From: Macrostomum lignano
Taxonomy: Eukaryota
DNA: 64,000 bases
Assembly (NCBI GenBank): GCA_002269645.1
Contig: NIVC01000412.1
Coordinates: 868,001 to 932,000, forward strand
Direction of reading: 5' to 3'
In this document: positions 13,340-26,022 of the stretch, one piece after another
Layout of the letters: every line of letters begins with the position of its first letter
How positions within the stretch are numbered: the stretch's first letter is position 1
The notes under the pieces: generated by a model
What the model was told of the DNA's origin: nothing
Seen by the model: only the letters and a program-made list of their open reading frames with translations
Database searches by the model: none
Made by a program: the position numbers and the translations under genes

Positions 13340-14740
13340 TTTGTGAAAAGAGAAGTGAGAAGAGAAGGCAGAGAAGAAGGGGAGAAAGTAGGGAGGGAGA
13401 AATGGGAAGAGAGAATAGAGGTAAAAAAGGAGAGATAAGAGAGATGAGATAAGAGAAAAAAGAGTGGATAAGTTAAAGTAGAGGAGATAGAAGAGAGTAG
13501 AGATGAGAGACAAGAGAATAGATAGGAGAAAGTAGAGAGCAGATAGAAGAGAGGAGAGAGTAGATAGATGAGAGTAGAGAAAGGAGAGATTATAGGGTGG
13601 AGGTAAGCAAGCAGAGAGATAAGGGAGAGAGGAGATAGATAGGAGAGAAGATTGAGACAAGAAAGGGGAGAGAATAGAGATGTTAAAAGAGATGAGAAAT
13701 GAGAGCAGAGAAGTAGAAAGAAGAGAAAGAGAGAAGAGGAGGGGGAAGTTATGAGAGGGGGAGAGAGGAATGAGAAGAAGCGAGAGAGTAGAGAGCAGAG
13801 AGAAATGAGAAGAAATAAGAGAGCAAGCAGAGATAAAAGAAGAAAAATGAAAAATAAGAGAGTAAAGTTAAGAGAAAAGAGATAAGGTGGTAAAGATAGC
13901 AGGAGAAATAAGAAATGAGAGATGAGAAATGAAAGAGAAAAGATAGTAAAGTGGAAAGAGAAGAGAAGAGACAAGAGAAAAGAAGAGAGGAGAAAAGAAA
14001 GAGAGGAGTCAAAGATGGGAAATAAAAGAGTACAGGGGAAGACATGAGAGAACATATAAGAGATTAAAGTTGATAGAAAAGAGAGATGAGAAAAGAAAAC
14101 AGAGATGAGAGTAAACAGACAAGAGATAAAAGAGTAGAGAGAATGGAGGAGAGATACGAGATTATGGAGATGAGAGAAGAGAGTAGGGAGAAGAGAAATG
14201 TCTAAGAGCAGAGAAGAGACAAATGGAGAAAGAAGTGGAATAAGGAGAGAAAAGGGAAGAGAATTGACAACAAGGGAGAAAGAGGAGAGGAAAGAAGAGA
14301 ATGGAAAGGGTAGAAAGTAGAGAGAAAAGAGATGGGCAGTGGAGAACAGAAAGATAAGTAAGAGGAGAGAGGAAATAAGAGAGAAGATATGAGATGAGAA
14401 AGATGAGAGAGAAGAGAAAAGAAAAAAAGAGGAAAAGGAAGAGACGAGAGTAAAGGGGAGAGAGGAGAGGAGAGGAGAGCAGAGAGAAAAGAGTGAGGAA
14501 AGAGGAGAAGAAAAAACAGGGATGAGATAAGAGAAGAGAGAGGCAAGAAAAAAGAGGAATGTGAAGAGATAAAAGAGCAGTGATAAAAGAAGAGAAAGGA
14601 GGGATGAGAGAAAAGACATAAGAGAAGAGAGGTAGGAGAAGAGACAAAAGAAAAGGGGAGAAAGGAGAGAAGAAAGAGGAAAGAAAAGATGTCAGGAAAG
14701 AAAAAAGATGAGAAAGAAAAGAGGAAACAGAAGTGAAGAT
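13340..14740 (+). repeat. ~1.4-kb polypurine (GA-rich) low-complexity tract
   Basis: Plus strand is almost only A/G with no strict period. Confidence 0.9.
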
Positions 14741-16194
14741 AGAAGTTTCAAAGGATCCGAGGGATGTACTCGTACATGTAGAGAGGCAGAGGTCAAAGTT
14801 TTCCTGACTTTTCCAATACATGTTTTAGATCCACATTGCCTGATATTCTGCATAGCACCCCAGCCAACAAGATCAATGCTTGCCTCAAATCTTAATTTTA
14901 TACAAATTTACTCCATTTTATGTTCATCTCCATCCTAACTATTAACAAGTTTTTGTTTGAGTATGACTTCAGATTTTAGAATACATGTGAAAATAATTCC
15001 TGGGATTGGAATTTCATGGGTTCAAGATCTGCAAGTTGCGCATGTATGGTGGTGCAGTGCATGTTTTAGGGAGACCCCTTTTTTAAAGTAGGCCCCTAAC
15101 AAAAGGACACAATAAAATACTGCCTTCTAAAAGATAGGCCTAGTAGGCATTCCTTTTTAATAGAAAGCATCCCCCACCTAGGTTTTTTGCAAGTGTAATT
15201 TTAAAGCTCAGAGTGTGATTTCTCTTACTTTTGAAAACTAGGAATATAAATATAAGCATATTACACATGATTTCTTATGTCCAAAATAGGCCTCGGTATA
15301 CCTTGACCTTTTATCTTGTTTTCTATGATCTTATTTTAAGGCATTTAAGATCTCATTTAAGTCTAGATGAGGCTTAAAAGGAAAATAGATTATGATATTG
15401 TAGGCTTATCTAAATTGTATCTATTTTTTAATTTCAGGGTACAGTTTCAAGAATATAGATTCAATATATATATATAATATATATACTCTATATACTCTGC
15501 ATACTAAAACCATGGCCAGATCCTTATATTAGCAAGCCTCCCTAGATAGCAAATAGTCCCTTAATAGCAAGTACCCCCTTCCCCAAGATAGCAAGTATCC
15601 CTTTCTAAGAGCTTAGTCTAGATAGTCTAGATAGTCTAGATCATGGTAGGTGCATACCAAAAATATTAAACAATTATAAGTGCACACCAAAAGTTTTGAA
15701 TTTATGCTAGCCTATAGTTTACTAGACCATCAAACTATATAAAATGTTGTTTTCCTAATAGTCATACTATACATACTTTTACAAAAGAAAAAAATTGAAA
15801 TGTACAATTATTTCATAAATTTTTTTAAGTTTTGATAAATATAAATTGGTGTGCCAAAAATTAACTCAAGCTCAAAGTGGTATGCCAAAGTGGTATACCA
15901 AAACATCTTAACTATCTACTGGTATGATAGAAATTTCTAGCATACATGTAACATTCTGAAATATAGATGCCAGCTAAAAATGAAAAGTAAAAAGTACTAG
16001 CCAATGAAAATTCAAATGCACAAACAAATATATATTAAAACAAATTTAAAGGTTATAACTTTTTTTGGTTTATAATTTTTTGGCTGTAAAGTTTATGATG
16101 AAATATCAATAATCACAAAGATTTATTTCTTAATAGTAATGTATGCCAAGCCCAAATTTATAGGCATATCCTACATGATCCAAAGTATGGTCCA

Positions 16195-16745
16195 AGAGCA
16201 AGCAATCCTGGATAGCAAGCATCCTCTAGATATCAAGAACCTTCTTCCCCCCCCCAGATAGCAAGCAGCCCTAGCTAATAATAAGCATCTCCCATGTAGC
16301 AAGCATTTTCAAAATAGCAATTACCCCCAAAATAGCTAGTATTCCCCCAATAGTGATAGCAAACATCCCCCAATAGTAAGCATCCCCAAATAGCAAGTAA
16401 CCCAAATAGCATGCAGCCCCTAGATAGCAAGCATACATGCGCAACAGTCGGCCAATCCGGCCGACCGATTTGGCGGCCAACCAAGGAAGTCGCAAAATGC
16501 CCACCCAAAAAACACCAAAGTAGTAGTACTAAATAGCTGACGAGGCATTTCGGCTTAATAATACAGTCATAGTTACTCCTGCCGTTTACCCAAAGTTGCG
16601 GTAATTTTGCTTAAGGTTTTTTACATGTAAGTTGCATTTTTTGGCCAAAAACTACGTCGCATTTTTGTTAAAACTAAGTCGCAAGGCCGACCGAATTTCG
16701 GAGGTTGAGCATGTATGATAGCAAGCATCCCCCAGATAGCAAGTA
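16195..16745 (-). repeat. Degenerate (GATAGCAAGCATCCCCCA)n array, the reverse complement of the 3465-3990 unit, split by a MITE
   Basis: Recurrent ATAGCAAGCATCC motif; also seen ~15530-15600. Confidence 0.7.
16432..16717. mobile_element. 286-bp MITE, TIR CATACATGC(G/T)CAAC, 8-bp TSD ATAGCAAG
   Basis: TSD at 16424-16431 and 16718-16725. The TSD equals part of the host repeat, so some ambiguity remains. Confidence 0.7.
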
Positions 16746-16884
16746 TTAAGGCCCCTAGTGCAACGATTTCCTAAGTTAGTGCAATTGTTCCTCTCTCAGC
16801 TAGTAAAATCATCCTTTACTGCAATGTTTCTTTGTAATAAATACCTTTTATACCTTTTTTAGACCCTCAGCACACTGTACTGAA

Positions 16885-19800
16885 ATGCTTTGCCTGTCTG
16901 CAAGACACTGGGCACTGAGACTGCCTCATCAGCTCACCTTGACCTCCTGCCTATTGCTGCCGAGTTTGGCGCTGCTCTCCTCTGGCACATCAGCGTCGGT
17001 TCAGGCAGCTCAGAGTGAAGATAAAAGCAGAGACTTGAAGCGGCCGGGTCCCCGTATTGCCATCATTGGTAGCGGAGTAGCCGCGGCCAGTGCCGCCTAT
17101 TTCCTTAGAGACAAATTCGGCTCCAACTGTAGAATGGACATTGTCACGGACGAGTCCTCTGCTACATTAGTTGGTGGCCGTCTTGGTGTAGCTAATTTCG
17201 ATGGTCGCAAGTTCGAATCTGGCGGATCAATTATACACGATAAGAATTTGTATATGCGACATTTCGCAGATGTGCTTGGATTGAGCAGACTGTATCACGG
17301 AGAAGAGACTAGATTAGCTGTGTTCAATGGCCGAGACACTGTGTTGGACACTAGCGATTGGTACCTGGTTAAGATGGTGCAGCTTTTGCATAGGTACGGA
17401 TTAGCTGCTTTTGTTCAGCTAAGAAAATTTGTATCCGGCATGCTGGAAGATTTCGGCCGTGTCTATGCTAGGCAGAATGCTGGGCAAGCTTACACCAATG
17501 TGCTGGGTCTTCTGTCTGCCATGTCTGACAGCTTCCCGGCTATGGCGACTGAGACCATTGAGAAGGTGGGATCTGGCTTTTAACTTGCAGTTTTTACACT
17601 GGGAAATTATTATTTTAGGGGGTAGAGAGGCAGATTCAACGTGCAGAGGGTAAATGAAGGGCAGATTCTCAAAGAACAAGGGTAGATGAAGGGCAGATTC
17701 TCAAGTAACAGAGGGTAGATGAAGGGCAGATTCAAGGAACAGAGGGTAGATGAAGGGCAGATTCTCAAGTAACAGAGGGTAGATGAAGGGCAGATTCAAG
17801 GAACAGAGGGTAGATGAAGGGCAGATTCAAGGAACAGAGGGTAGATAAAGGGCAGATTCTCAAGTAACAGAGGGTAGATAAAGGGCAGATTCAAGGAACA
17901 GAGGGTAGATGAAGGGCAGATTCAAGGAACAGAGGGTAGATGAAGGGCAGATTCTCAAGGAACAGAGGGTAGATGAAGGGCAGATTCAAGTAACAGAGGG
18001 TAGATGAAGGGCAGATTCAAGGAACAGAGGGTAGATGAAGGGTAGATTCAAGGAACAGAGGGTAGATGAAATGCAGATTCAAGGAACAGGGGTAGATGAA
18101 GGGCAGATTCAAGGAACAGAGGGTAGATGAAGGGTAGATTCAAGGAACAGAGGGTAGATGAAGTGCAGATTCAAGGAACAGGGGTAAATGAAGTGCAGAT
18201 TCAAGGAACAGAGGGTAGATGAAGTGCAGATTCAAGGAACAGGGGTAAATGAAGGGCAGATTCCCAAGCACTGCTTGATCAAAGGCGCAGAATCAAAAGT
18301 AAACAAATTATTTAATTAAATCACTCCAGCTGCTGGAGTCCAGCGGCTTCAGCTCCGAGTTCATCAACGAACTGGTTGCTGGGGCGATGCGCAACAACTA
18401 CGGTCAGAATGTGAGCATTCACGGCTTCGTTGGCGCAGTGTCGTTGGCTGGCGCCGAAGGCGGTCTCTGGTCGGTCAGAGGTGGGAACCGGCTGATTGTG
18501 GCTAATCTGCTTAGCAGGCTGGCTCAGTCTCAGCAAGCGGATGAAGCAGAGTCTGGCAAGGTCAGGCTGCTGCTCAATAGTCGAGTTACTCAGATTGCTA
18601 AGGATCGCGAAGGTTGGACTGTGACCAGCACGGATGCTAGCAGGTCAACAGTGGTTGAGCAATATGATCAAGTGATCCTGACTGTGCCACCGAGTCAGCA
18701 CTTTAATATTGAGGTAAAATTGTCGGAGAGATGTATGGGTTTATTCCCTACTTTAAATGGATGCTTTGTTGCAATAGCCTTTCATAACTTTCAAATCAGA
18801 GTACATGTGAATCATGCTGTGATTCATTGTGAATCCTCTTGTGATTCATTGTGATTCATTGTGAATCCTCTTGTGATTCATTGTGAATCCTCTTGTGATT
18901 CATTGTGAATCTTCTTGTGATTCATTGTGAATCCTCTTGTGATTCATTGTGAATCCTCTTGTGATTCATTGTGAATCCTCTTGTGATTCATTGTGAATCC
19001 TCTTGTGATTCATTGTGAATCCTCTTGTGATTCATTGTGAATCCTCTTGTGATTCACTGTGAATCCTCTTGTGATTCATTGTGAATCCTCTTGTGATTCA
19101 TTGTGAATCCTCTTGTGATCCATTGTGAATCCTATTGTGATTCATTGTGAATCCACTTGTGATCCATTGTGAATCCACTTGTGATCAATTGTGACCCCTC
19201 TTGTGATCAATTGTGAATCCCATGAGGGTCAGCCCTCAAGACGCAGAAAATGCACATGCCTGACGATTAGAAAGTCAAGGCTGCTGTGTACACCCTGTGT
19301 GAGGTGTCTGTGAGTGCTTGTCTGCGTACAGTATTCGCGCGCTTCGGTCAGCGTCGGTTACGGGAAGATGTCGCCGAAAGGGTTATTATCCTGATCAATG
19401 AGCCTACTCATAACCCCGAATTCAGATAAAAGACGTTAAAGTTCCCCGAGTCGACTACCAGACCACGGTTGCAACATTTGTCAAAGGCCGACTCAATCAC
19501 GACTGGCTGGGCCTGAGAAGCCGCCAATCTGAGTACAGCGTGCTCACGGGCACGCCTGCATCGCCGCTGGACTTTAACAGCATCGGCTATCAACACGATG
19601 TTGATAAAAATCCATCCGACAATGTTTATAAAGTGTTCTCACAGCGAGTACTCACTGCTGAGCAGGTTAATCAACTGTTTACTAATGTTGAGTCTACTCA
19701 CAGTGTGAGCTGGCTGGCTTATCCGCTTTATCGTCGGGGACTGTCGATCAATGCCAGCTTTGTACTGGCTGACGGACTGTACCACACCAGCCCCATCGAG

Positions 19801-19962
19801 CTGGCAGCCTCCGCTATGGAGATGTCGGCCATTGCTGGACGAAATGCGGCCCTGTTGGCATTCAACGATTGGACTGGGAAGGCTGCGGAGCTGACGGACC
19901 CCAGCGGCGGAGGACAACCGAAGCCTGCGGATCAAGTGCTGGTGCAGAGAGACGAGTTGTGA
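16885..19962 (+). CDS. PCYOX1: Prenylcysteine oxidase 1-like; exons 16885-17565, 18330-18713, 19426-19962 (~533 aa)
   Basis: Signal-like N-terminus, FAD motif IAIIGSGVAAASAAYFL, FESGGSIIH, YQTTVATFVKGRLN, IELAASAMEMSAIAGRNAALL and C-terminal RDEL. Both introns are phase 0 with GT-AG. Confidence 0.93.
17618..18265. repeat. 31/33-bp minisatellite in PCYOX1 intron 1
   Basis: (AAGGAACAGAGGGTAGATGAAGGGCAGATTC)n. Confidence 0.95.
18817..19220. repeat. 22-bp minisatellite in PCYOX1 intron 2
   Basis: (GTGATTCATTGTGAATCCTCTT)n; each unit has a GATTCA/TGAATC inverted pair. Confidence 0.95.
19265..19345 (+). mobile_element. Diverged SINE central-domain fragment
   Basis: GCTGTGTACACCCTGTG..CTGCGTACAGTATTCGCGCGCTT aligns by eye with the body of the SINE at 47399-47761. 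Confidence 0.45.
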
Positions 19963-20059
19963 CTCTTAGCTATCTGTTTGGTACGATGTTTTCATTTCAG
20001 CCATAAACTGATGGAAGATATTTGAGTAGACATTCAAAGTAGTCGGTAGGGAAGATCGG

Positions 20060-21515
20060 AGATGCAGATTCTCGAGGACTGGGGGCAGATTCACAAGGAC
20101 TGGGGGCAGATGCTTAAGAACTGGGGGCAGATTCACAAGAACTGGGGGCAGATTCACAAGAACTAATGGCAGATTCTCAAAAACTGATGGCAGATTCTCA
20201 AAGACTGATGGCAGATTCTCAAGGACTGGGGGCAGATTTTCAAGGACTGATGGCAGATTCTTAAGAACTGGGGCAGATTCTCGAGGACTGGGGGCAGATG
20301 CTTAAGGACTGGGGGCAGATTCTCAAGGACTGGGGGCAGATGCTTAAGGACTGGGGGCAGATTCTCAAGGACTGGGGGCAGATGCTTAAGGACTGGGGGC
20401 AGATTCTCAAGGACTGGGGGCAGATTCTCGAGGACTGGGGGCAGATTCACAAGAACTGGGGGCAGATTCACAAGGACTGGGGGCAGATTCTCAAGAACTG
20501 GGGGCAGATTCACAAGAACTGGGGGCAGATTCACAAGAACTAATGGCAGATTCTCAAAAACTGATGGCAGATTCTCAAAGACTGATGGCAGATTCTCAAG
20601 GACTGGGGGCAGATTTTCAAGGACTGATGGCAGATTCTTAAGAACTGGGGCAGATTCTCGAGGACTGGGGGCAGATGCTTAAGGACTGGGGGGCAGATTC
20701 TCAAGGACTGGGGGCAGATGCTTAAGGACTGGGGGCAGATTCTCAAGGACTGGGGGCAGATGCTTAAGGACTGGGGGCAGATTCTCAAGGACTGGGGCAG
20801 ATGCTTAAGGACTGGGGGCAGATTCTCAAGGACTGGGGGCAGATGCTTAAGGACTGGGGGCAGATTCTCAAGGACTGGGGGCAGATTCTCGAGGACTGGG
20901 GGCAGATTCACAAGAACTGGGGGCAGATTCACAAGGACTGGGGGCAGATTCTCAAGAACTGGGGGCAGATTCACAAGAACTGGGGGCAGATTCACAAGAA
21001 CTAATGGCAGATTCTCAAAAACTGATGGCAGATTCTCAAAGACTGATGGCAGATTCTCAAGGACTGGGGGCAGATTTTCAAGGACTGATGGCAGATTCTT
21101 AAGAACTGGGGCAGATTCTCGAGGACTGGGGGCAGATGCTTAAGGACTGGGGGGCAGATTCTCAAGGACTGGGGGCAGATGCTTAAGGACTGGGGGGCAG
21201 ATTCTCAAGGACTGGGGGCAGATGCTTAAGGACTGGGGGCAGATTCTCAAGGACTGGGGGCAGATGCTTAAGGACTGGGGGCAGATTCTCAAGGACTGGG
21301 GGCAGATGCTCAAGGACTGGGGGCAGATTCGCAAGGACTGGGGGCAGATTCTCGAGAACTGGGGGAGGGCAGATTGTCAAGGACTGGGGACAGATTCTCA
21401 AGGACTGGGGGGCAGATTCTCAAGGACTGGGGGCAGATTCTCAAGGACTGGGGGCAGATTCTCAAGGACTGGGGGGGCAGATTCTCGAGAACTGGGAGAG
21501 GGCAGATTGTCAAGG
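20060..21515. repeat. 21-bp minisatellite (AAGGACTGGGGGCAGATTCTC)n with higher-order blocks
   Basis: Variant block AACTAATGGCAGATTCTCAAAAACTGATGG recurs at ~20161, ~20538 and ~20999. Confidence 0.95.
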
Positions 21516-21988
21516 ACTGTGAAGAGGGAGTTGTGAAGCGAAACACAGTTAATTGTACAGAGCCAATTCACATACTTATTGTATGGACTTTGATCAATAT
21601 CTGTGCTATCCCGCCATGGCCCATGACCTTAATTCATATATTCATTGTGTATTCAAAACATCTGTCAATAATGAGTTATTGCTTTCAGTTTTTAATGTCT
21701 TCCCCCAAGTGTCGCAAGTGTCACGTGCTTTAGAATGTTGCATCGCTAAATTTTCATGCCATTGTTTTGTCATATCATTAATTTAATAGTTTCTACGCGT
21801 TTTAAATTTTTTGCGTCTATCTTTGTTATAAATAATTGTTTCCTTAAAACTTTGAATTAAATATATTTTAATCATTTGTAGCTATTGTTCATTGAGCTTC
21901 ATTGTGTTAAATTAATTTTCTTTTTACATTTAAGTAAAAGATTGAGATGTATTGTTTTTTAAAAAACTTGCAAAAACACACGCTTTTA

Positions 21989-22172
21989 GCGACATTGTCA
22001 CACAAACCGGCGAGAGGCATTACTGCCCATTCAGCCGACTCCCCTGAGCAGGCATACAAGCGCGCGGATACGTACGCAGTCATACGCACAGGCACACACT
22101 CAGGAGTGTACAGCGGTCCTAACTTTATTTAACCTTCAAGGCCGTTAATTGCACGAGCAGAGCCAAGCTGAG
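21989..22172 (-). mobile_element. 5'-truncated copy of the SINE at 47399-47761
   Basis: Near-identical to ~47445-47665. Confidence 0.8.
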
Positions 22173-22252
22173 ATTTCTTAGTTGTTATTTTAAACGATTG
22201 AAAAAAAACTGTTTTTCCTTATATTTCTACTTTCAGTAGCCAGTCGAGCATC

Positions 22253-25200
22253 ATGTCTCGCAAACCGAACGCCGCAATGGCTCAGCAACAGCAGCAGCGG
22301 CCCAGGCTGTACAGCTGCTCAAGCGACGAGTCGATTCCTCGACGCCCATTGTCGATATCGCCAATTCAGACTGAGCCCGTTCAACAGCAGCAGCAGCAAA
22401 AGCAGAAGCACCGAAAGCAACAACAGCAACAGCAATATCAGCAACAGCCGTATGTGTTCTATCAGCACCCGGCAGGCATGGGCGCCACCACCGCTACGGC
22501 CGCCTATCCCTGCGTGGTCATGCCGCCCATGCCTCTTGTAGCGTCAACTGCTTTGCAGCCTTCTGCCCGAGTGGTTGCTTCTAGTAGACTGGCTTCTGCT
22601 AACGGTCGTCACGCTGGTGCGGCTCCCGATTATCCCAGCTACGAGTACAACGGAGGCGGCAATGGCTGCGATCAGTACTTTGCTTCTGCTGCTCCATCTG
22701 CGGCGGCTGCAGCCGGAGGAGCCCAAATGCAGCAGCAGCAGCAGCAACAGAAGACTAGGAAGAAACGAACTCAGCAGCAGCAGCAGCAGGAGACAGGCAG
22801 CGCTAATTACCTGCGACAGGAGAAGCCTGTAAGTAGGGAAGAGTGTTCCGTGTCCTGGAAAGTGTAAAAATTCTTTAATTCCTCGAAAGCTTGAAGTTTC
22901 TCTCACAATCTCACTCAGTTTCTCTCACAATCTCACTCAGTTTCTCTCACAATCTCACTCAGTTTCTCTCACAATCTCACTCAGTTTCTCTCACCATCTC
23001 ACTTAGTTTCTCTCACAATCTCACTCAGTTTCTCTCACAATCTCACCCAGTTTTTCTCACAATCTCACTCAGTTTCTCTCACAATCTCACTCAGTTTCTC
23101 TCTTAATCTCACCCAGCTTTCTCTCACAATCTCACCACCCAGTTTCTCTCACAATCTCACCCAGCTTTCTCTCACAAGCTCACCCAGTCTCACTCTTTAT
23201 CTCACCCAGTTGCTCACCGTCTGACACCATGCAGTCAGACCTAAAAGCTTTTATTTAAACTCCCCGTTTCCCCCTCTCACATCGTTCAGCCGCGTCGTCA
23301 AGGCCTGGCTGCCTCCGCGCCGGCGAACTGCATCGATAAGCCGGCTGCAGCAGGCGGCGACACCCCGCCGGAGGTGTACCGCCTGCTGCTCCGGCAGGAG
23401 GAGCAACTCCGCGACCTTCAGGACCAGCTCAAGCGGCTGCTTATTGACCAGGATGTGTCCAGACAGAGGTACGAAGAGCTCTTGGCTGCCACTGCTAGTT
23501 CCAGGACTCCAAGCGTTAGAAATGTTACCAGTGTGGGCGTCAACACGGTTGCCATGGTTACGACTAGGGACGCGGCCACTTCAACGTTGGATTTGCCCGT
23601 AGCCGCTGCCGCCGCCTCTCGACCGCCCGACAATTCGGTGGACGCCAACGTCAAGGCCAACATGTGGAATGTGGGCGCCGGCGCCGGCGCCGGCGGCGCG
23701 AACGGCGCTGGTGCACCTGCGGTTCGGTGCGACTGCACCCACTGCCGGCTGGAGAGCCTGGCACCGACTTCTGGCACCAACCCAGTCGGCACTGCAGATG
23801 CGGTTGAAGCTGCGGCCGTGTCGGAATCTGCGCCGCTAGCTGGTGCCGTTGTTGGGCCGACAGCGACTAATGGGCGACATGATGAGGTGAGTCAAGCGAT
23901 TAATCCGATAGCTTTTAATCCGTAGCTGATAATCCCATTGTAGCTGATAATCCTATTGCAGCTGATAATCCCATTGCAGCTGATAATCCCATTGTAGTTG
24001 ATAATCCCATTGTAGTTGATAATCCCATTGTAGTTGATAATCCCATTGCAGCTGATAATCCCATTGCAGCTAATAATCCCATTGAAGCTGATAATCCAAT
24101 TGTAGCTGATAATCCCATTGCAGCTGATAATCCCATTGAAGCTGATAATCCAATTGTAGCTGATAATCCCATTGAAGCTGATAATCCAATTGTAGCTGAT
24201 AATCCCATTGAAGCTGATAATCCCATTGTAGTTGATAATCTCATTGTAGTTGATAATCCCATTGTAGTTGATAATCCCATTGCAGCTGATAATCCCATTG
24301 CAGCTAATAATCCCATTGAAGCTGATAATCCAATTGTAGCTGATAATCCAATTGCAGCTGATAATCCCATTGTAGCTGATAATCACATTGCAGCTGATAA
24401 TTCCATTACGGCTACTAAGAAAAATGTTAAAATAATTCCAGTTGGCCATCCAGAAGGCTGAGTCAGCACCAGCCGACGGCGAGGATGCTTCCACGCAGAA
24501 AAAGTACTTTAGAAACTTGCTGGTAAGTGTGTTTTAAATATTAAATATAATATGTAATAATCCATTCAAGTCCGTTATATTAAAGCATTACTAAATAGTT
24601 ATATATATACACTGTACTTGGGAGTTAAAAAATTGTGACTGTTTAAATAATGTTTGGCTAGTAAATCTTAACTGGCAAATGTCTGGCTGGTAAATCTTGG
24701 GTAACAAATGTCTGGCTGGTAAATCTTGGCTGGCAAACTCTTTAGACCCGGTTATGATTCCTTTTTCCCTACGCTATATTTTTCATAAACAGAACACAAT
24801 TGAGGAAATGCTGCTCAGACAGCAGCAGCAACAGCAGCAGCATCCGAAACAAACAAAGCAACAACAGGCTCAGCAAAAGCAGAAACTGCAACAACAGCAG
24901 AAAGAAGTTCAGCAGCAGCAGCAGCAGCAGTTGTCTCTGACCAATGGCAGAACTTTGCTTAACCAACAAAATGGACTTGTCGACTGCGATTTTACTGATT
25001 TCTGGTTCGTAATCGAGGCTTTTCCTTTGCTATTTTGCTTGATTTGCTGTATTTCTGGTTTCTTTTGCTCGATTGGCACTACTGATGCATCACTAACAAT
25101 GTCACCTTTCACTCCCGGTGTCACTCCGATGTCACTATCGATATCACTCGCTTGTCATTTTAGATTTTACTCACTTTCACTCACTTGTCACTCTAAGTTT

Positions 25201-26022
25201 TACTCACTTGTCACTCTCGATGTCACTCGCTTGTCACTCTCGGTTTCATTCACTTTTCACTCTGGTATCACTCGCTTGTCACTCTCGATTCCACTCACTC
25301 GTCACTTTCGGTATCAGTCTTAAATTTTCTTTGTCAGTCATTTGTCCTTTTATTTGTTTTGCCTCACTCTCTGTTGCCTTGCCGAGAGGACTTCACTGAA
25401 TAAGTTGCTATCAAGAGCCCAACTCGCACAACACGCCATTCACAGCGCCAACAGCGAGCCAGCAGGCGGCGCCGTCCCCTCTCTATTGGCGGCCGCAGCA
25501 GCCGCAGCCGCCGCGGCCGCCACCGCCTCCACAACAGGATGCGATGAGCTCAGCCTGCTGGCTCAGAAATATGCCTGCAACAGGGACGACACCTCAGCCT
25601 CTATTGGTGACGCCGCCGCGCTCTACCGGCCCACCTATTTGACTCTGGACACGAAAAACTACCTGATGCGGCATCAGTTATTGAATGGCACAACCAGCAT
25701 CTACCAGCATCATCAGCAGCAGCAGTACAGACTTGTGCAGGAGTCTGCTGCCGCTACTCATATGGATTATTCAACTGCTCCAGCTGCCGCCGGTGCCGCA
25801 TCAACCACCACCAGAACCATTGTATCGGAGACTGTTAGAACGCTATTGAAAAGTGATAAATTGATGAAGCTGCCAACTGGAGATGCTGAAGATGCTGGAG
25901 ATGCTGAGGAGCTATCGTTGCTGTCTTGTAGGCCTCTTTTAGCCGGCTTGCAAAAGCAGAACTGGCAACAACAGCCGCAGTTGAAGCAGACTTCCGATAG
26001 GGACAGTTGTGACAGTGACTGA
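22253..26022 (+). CDS. STIL: STIL/Ana2/SAS-5-like centriole duplication protein; exons 22253-22828, 23290-23886, 24442-24522, 24793-25004, 25389-26022 (~699 aa)
   Basis: PEVYRLLLRQEEQLRDLQDQLKRLL resembles the STIL central coiled coil; QKKYFRNLL-NTIEEML; STAN-like DELSLLAQKY and YLTLDTKNYLMRHQLL motifs, collinear with STIL as recalled. Splice phases are consistent; the exon 4/5 junction is less certain. Confidence 0.78.
22896..23200. repeat. 22-bp minisatellite in STIL intron 1
   Basis: (CTCACTCAGTTTCTCTCACAAT)n. Confidence 0.93.
23923..24405. repeat. 18-bp minisatellite in STIL intron 2
   Basis: (GCTGATAATCCCATTGTA)n. Confidence 0.95.

Larger units (their letters stand above)
11744..15077. 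mobile_element. Non-autonomous TIR element with perfect 27-bp TIRs (GGGTCTCCCTAAAACATGCACTGCACC)
   Basis: TIRs at 11744-11770 and 15051-15077. The first ~85 bp match the MITE at 61261-61633. Confidence 0.8.

Noticed and set aside
13325-14821. Long hydrophobic L/S/F ORFs resembling membrane proteins
   Set aside because: Antisense reading of the polypurine tract
16535-16560. CTGACGAG hammerhead-like core
   Set aside because: Followed by TTTCGGC rather than stem II-GAAA; lies inside a MITE
20060-21515. CRISPR array or repeat-protein ORFs (ENLPPVL / KDWGQIL)
   Set aside because: Contiguous tandem units with no unique spacers, no cas genes and a eukaryotic context; the ORFs are artefacts of a 21-bp period
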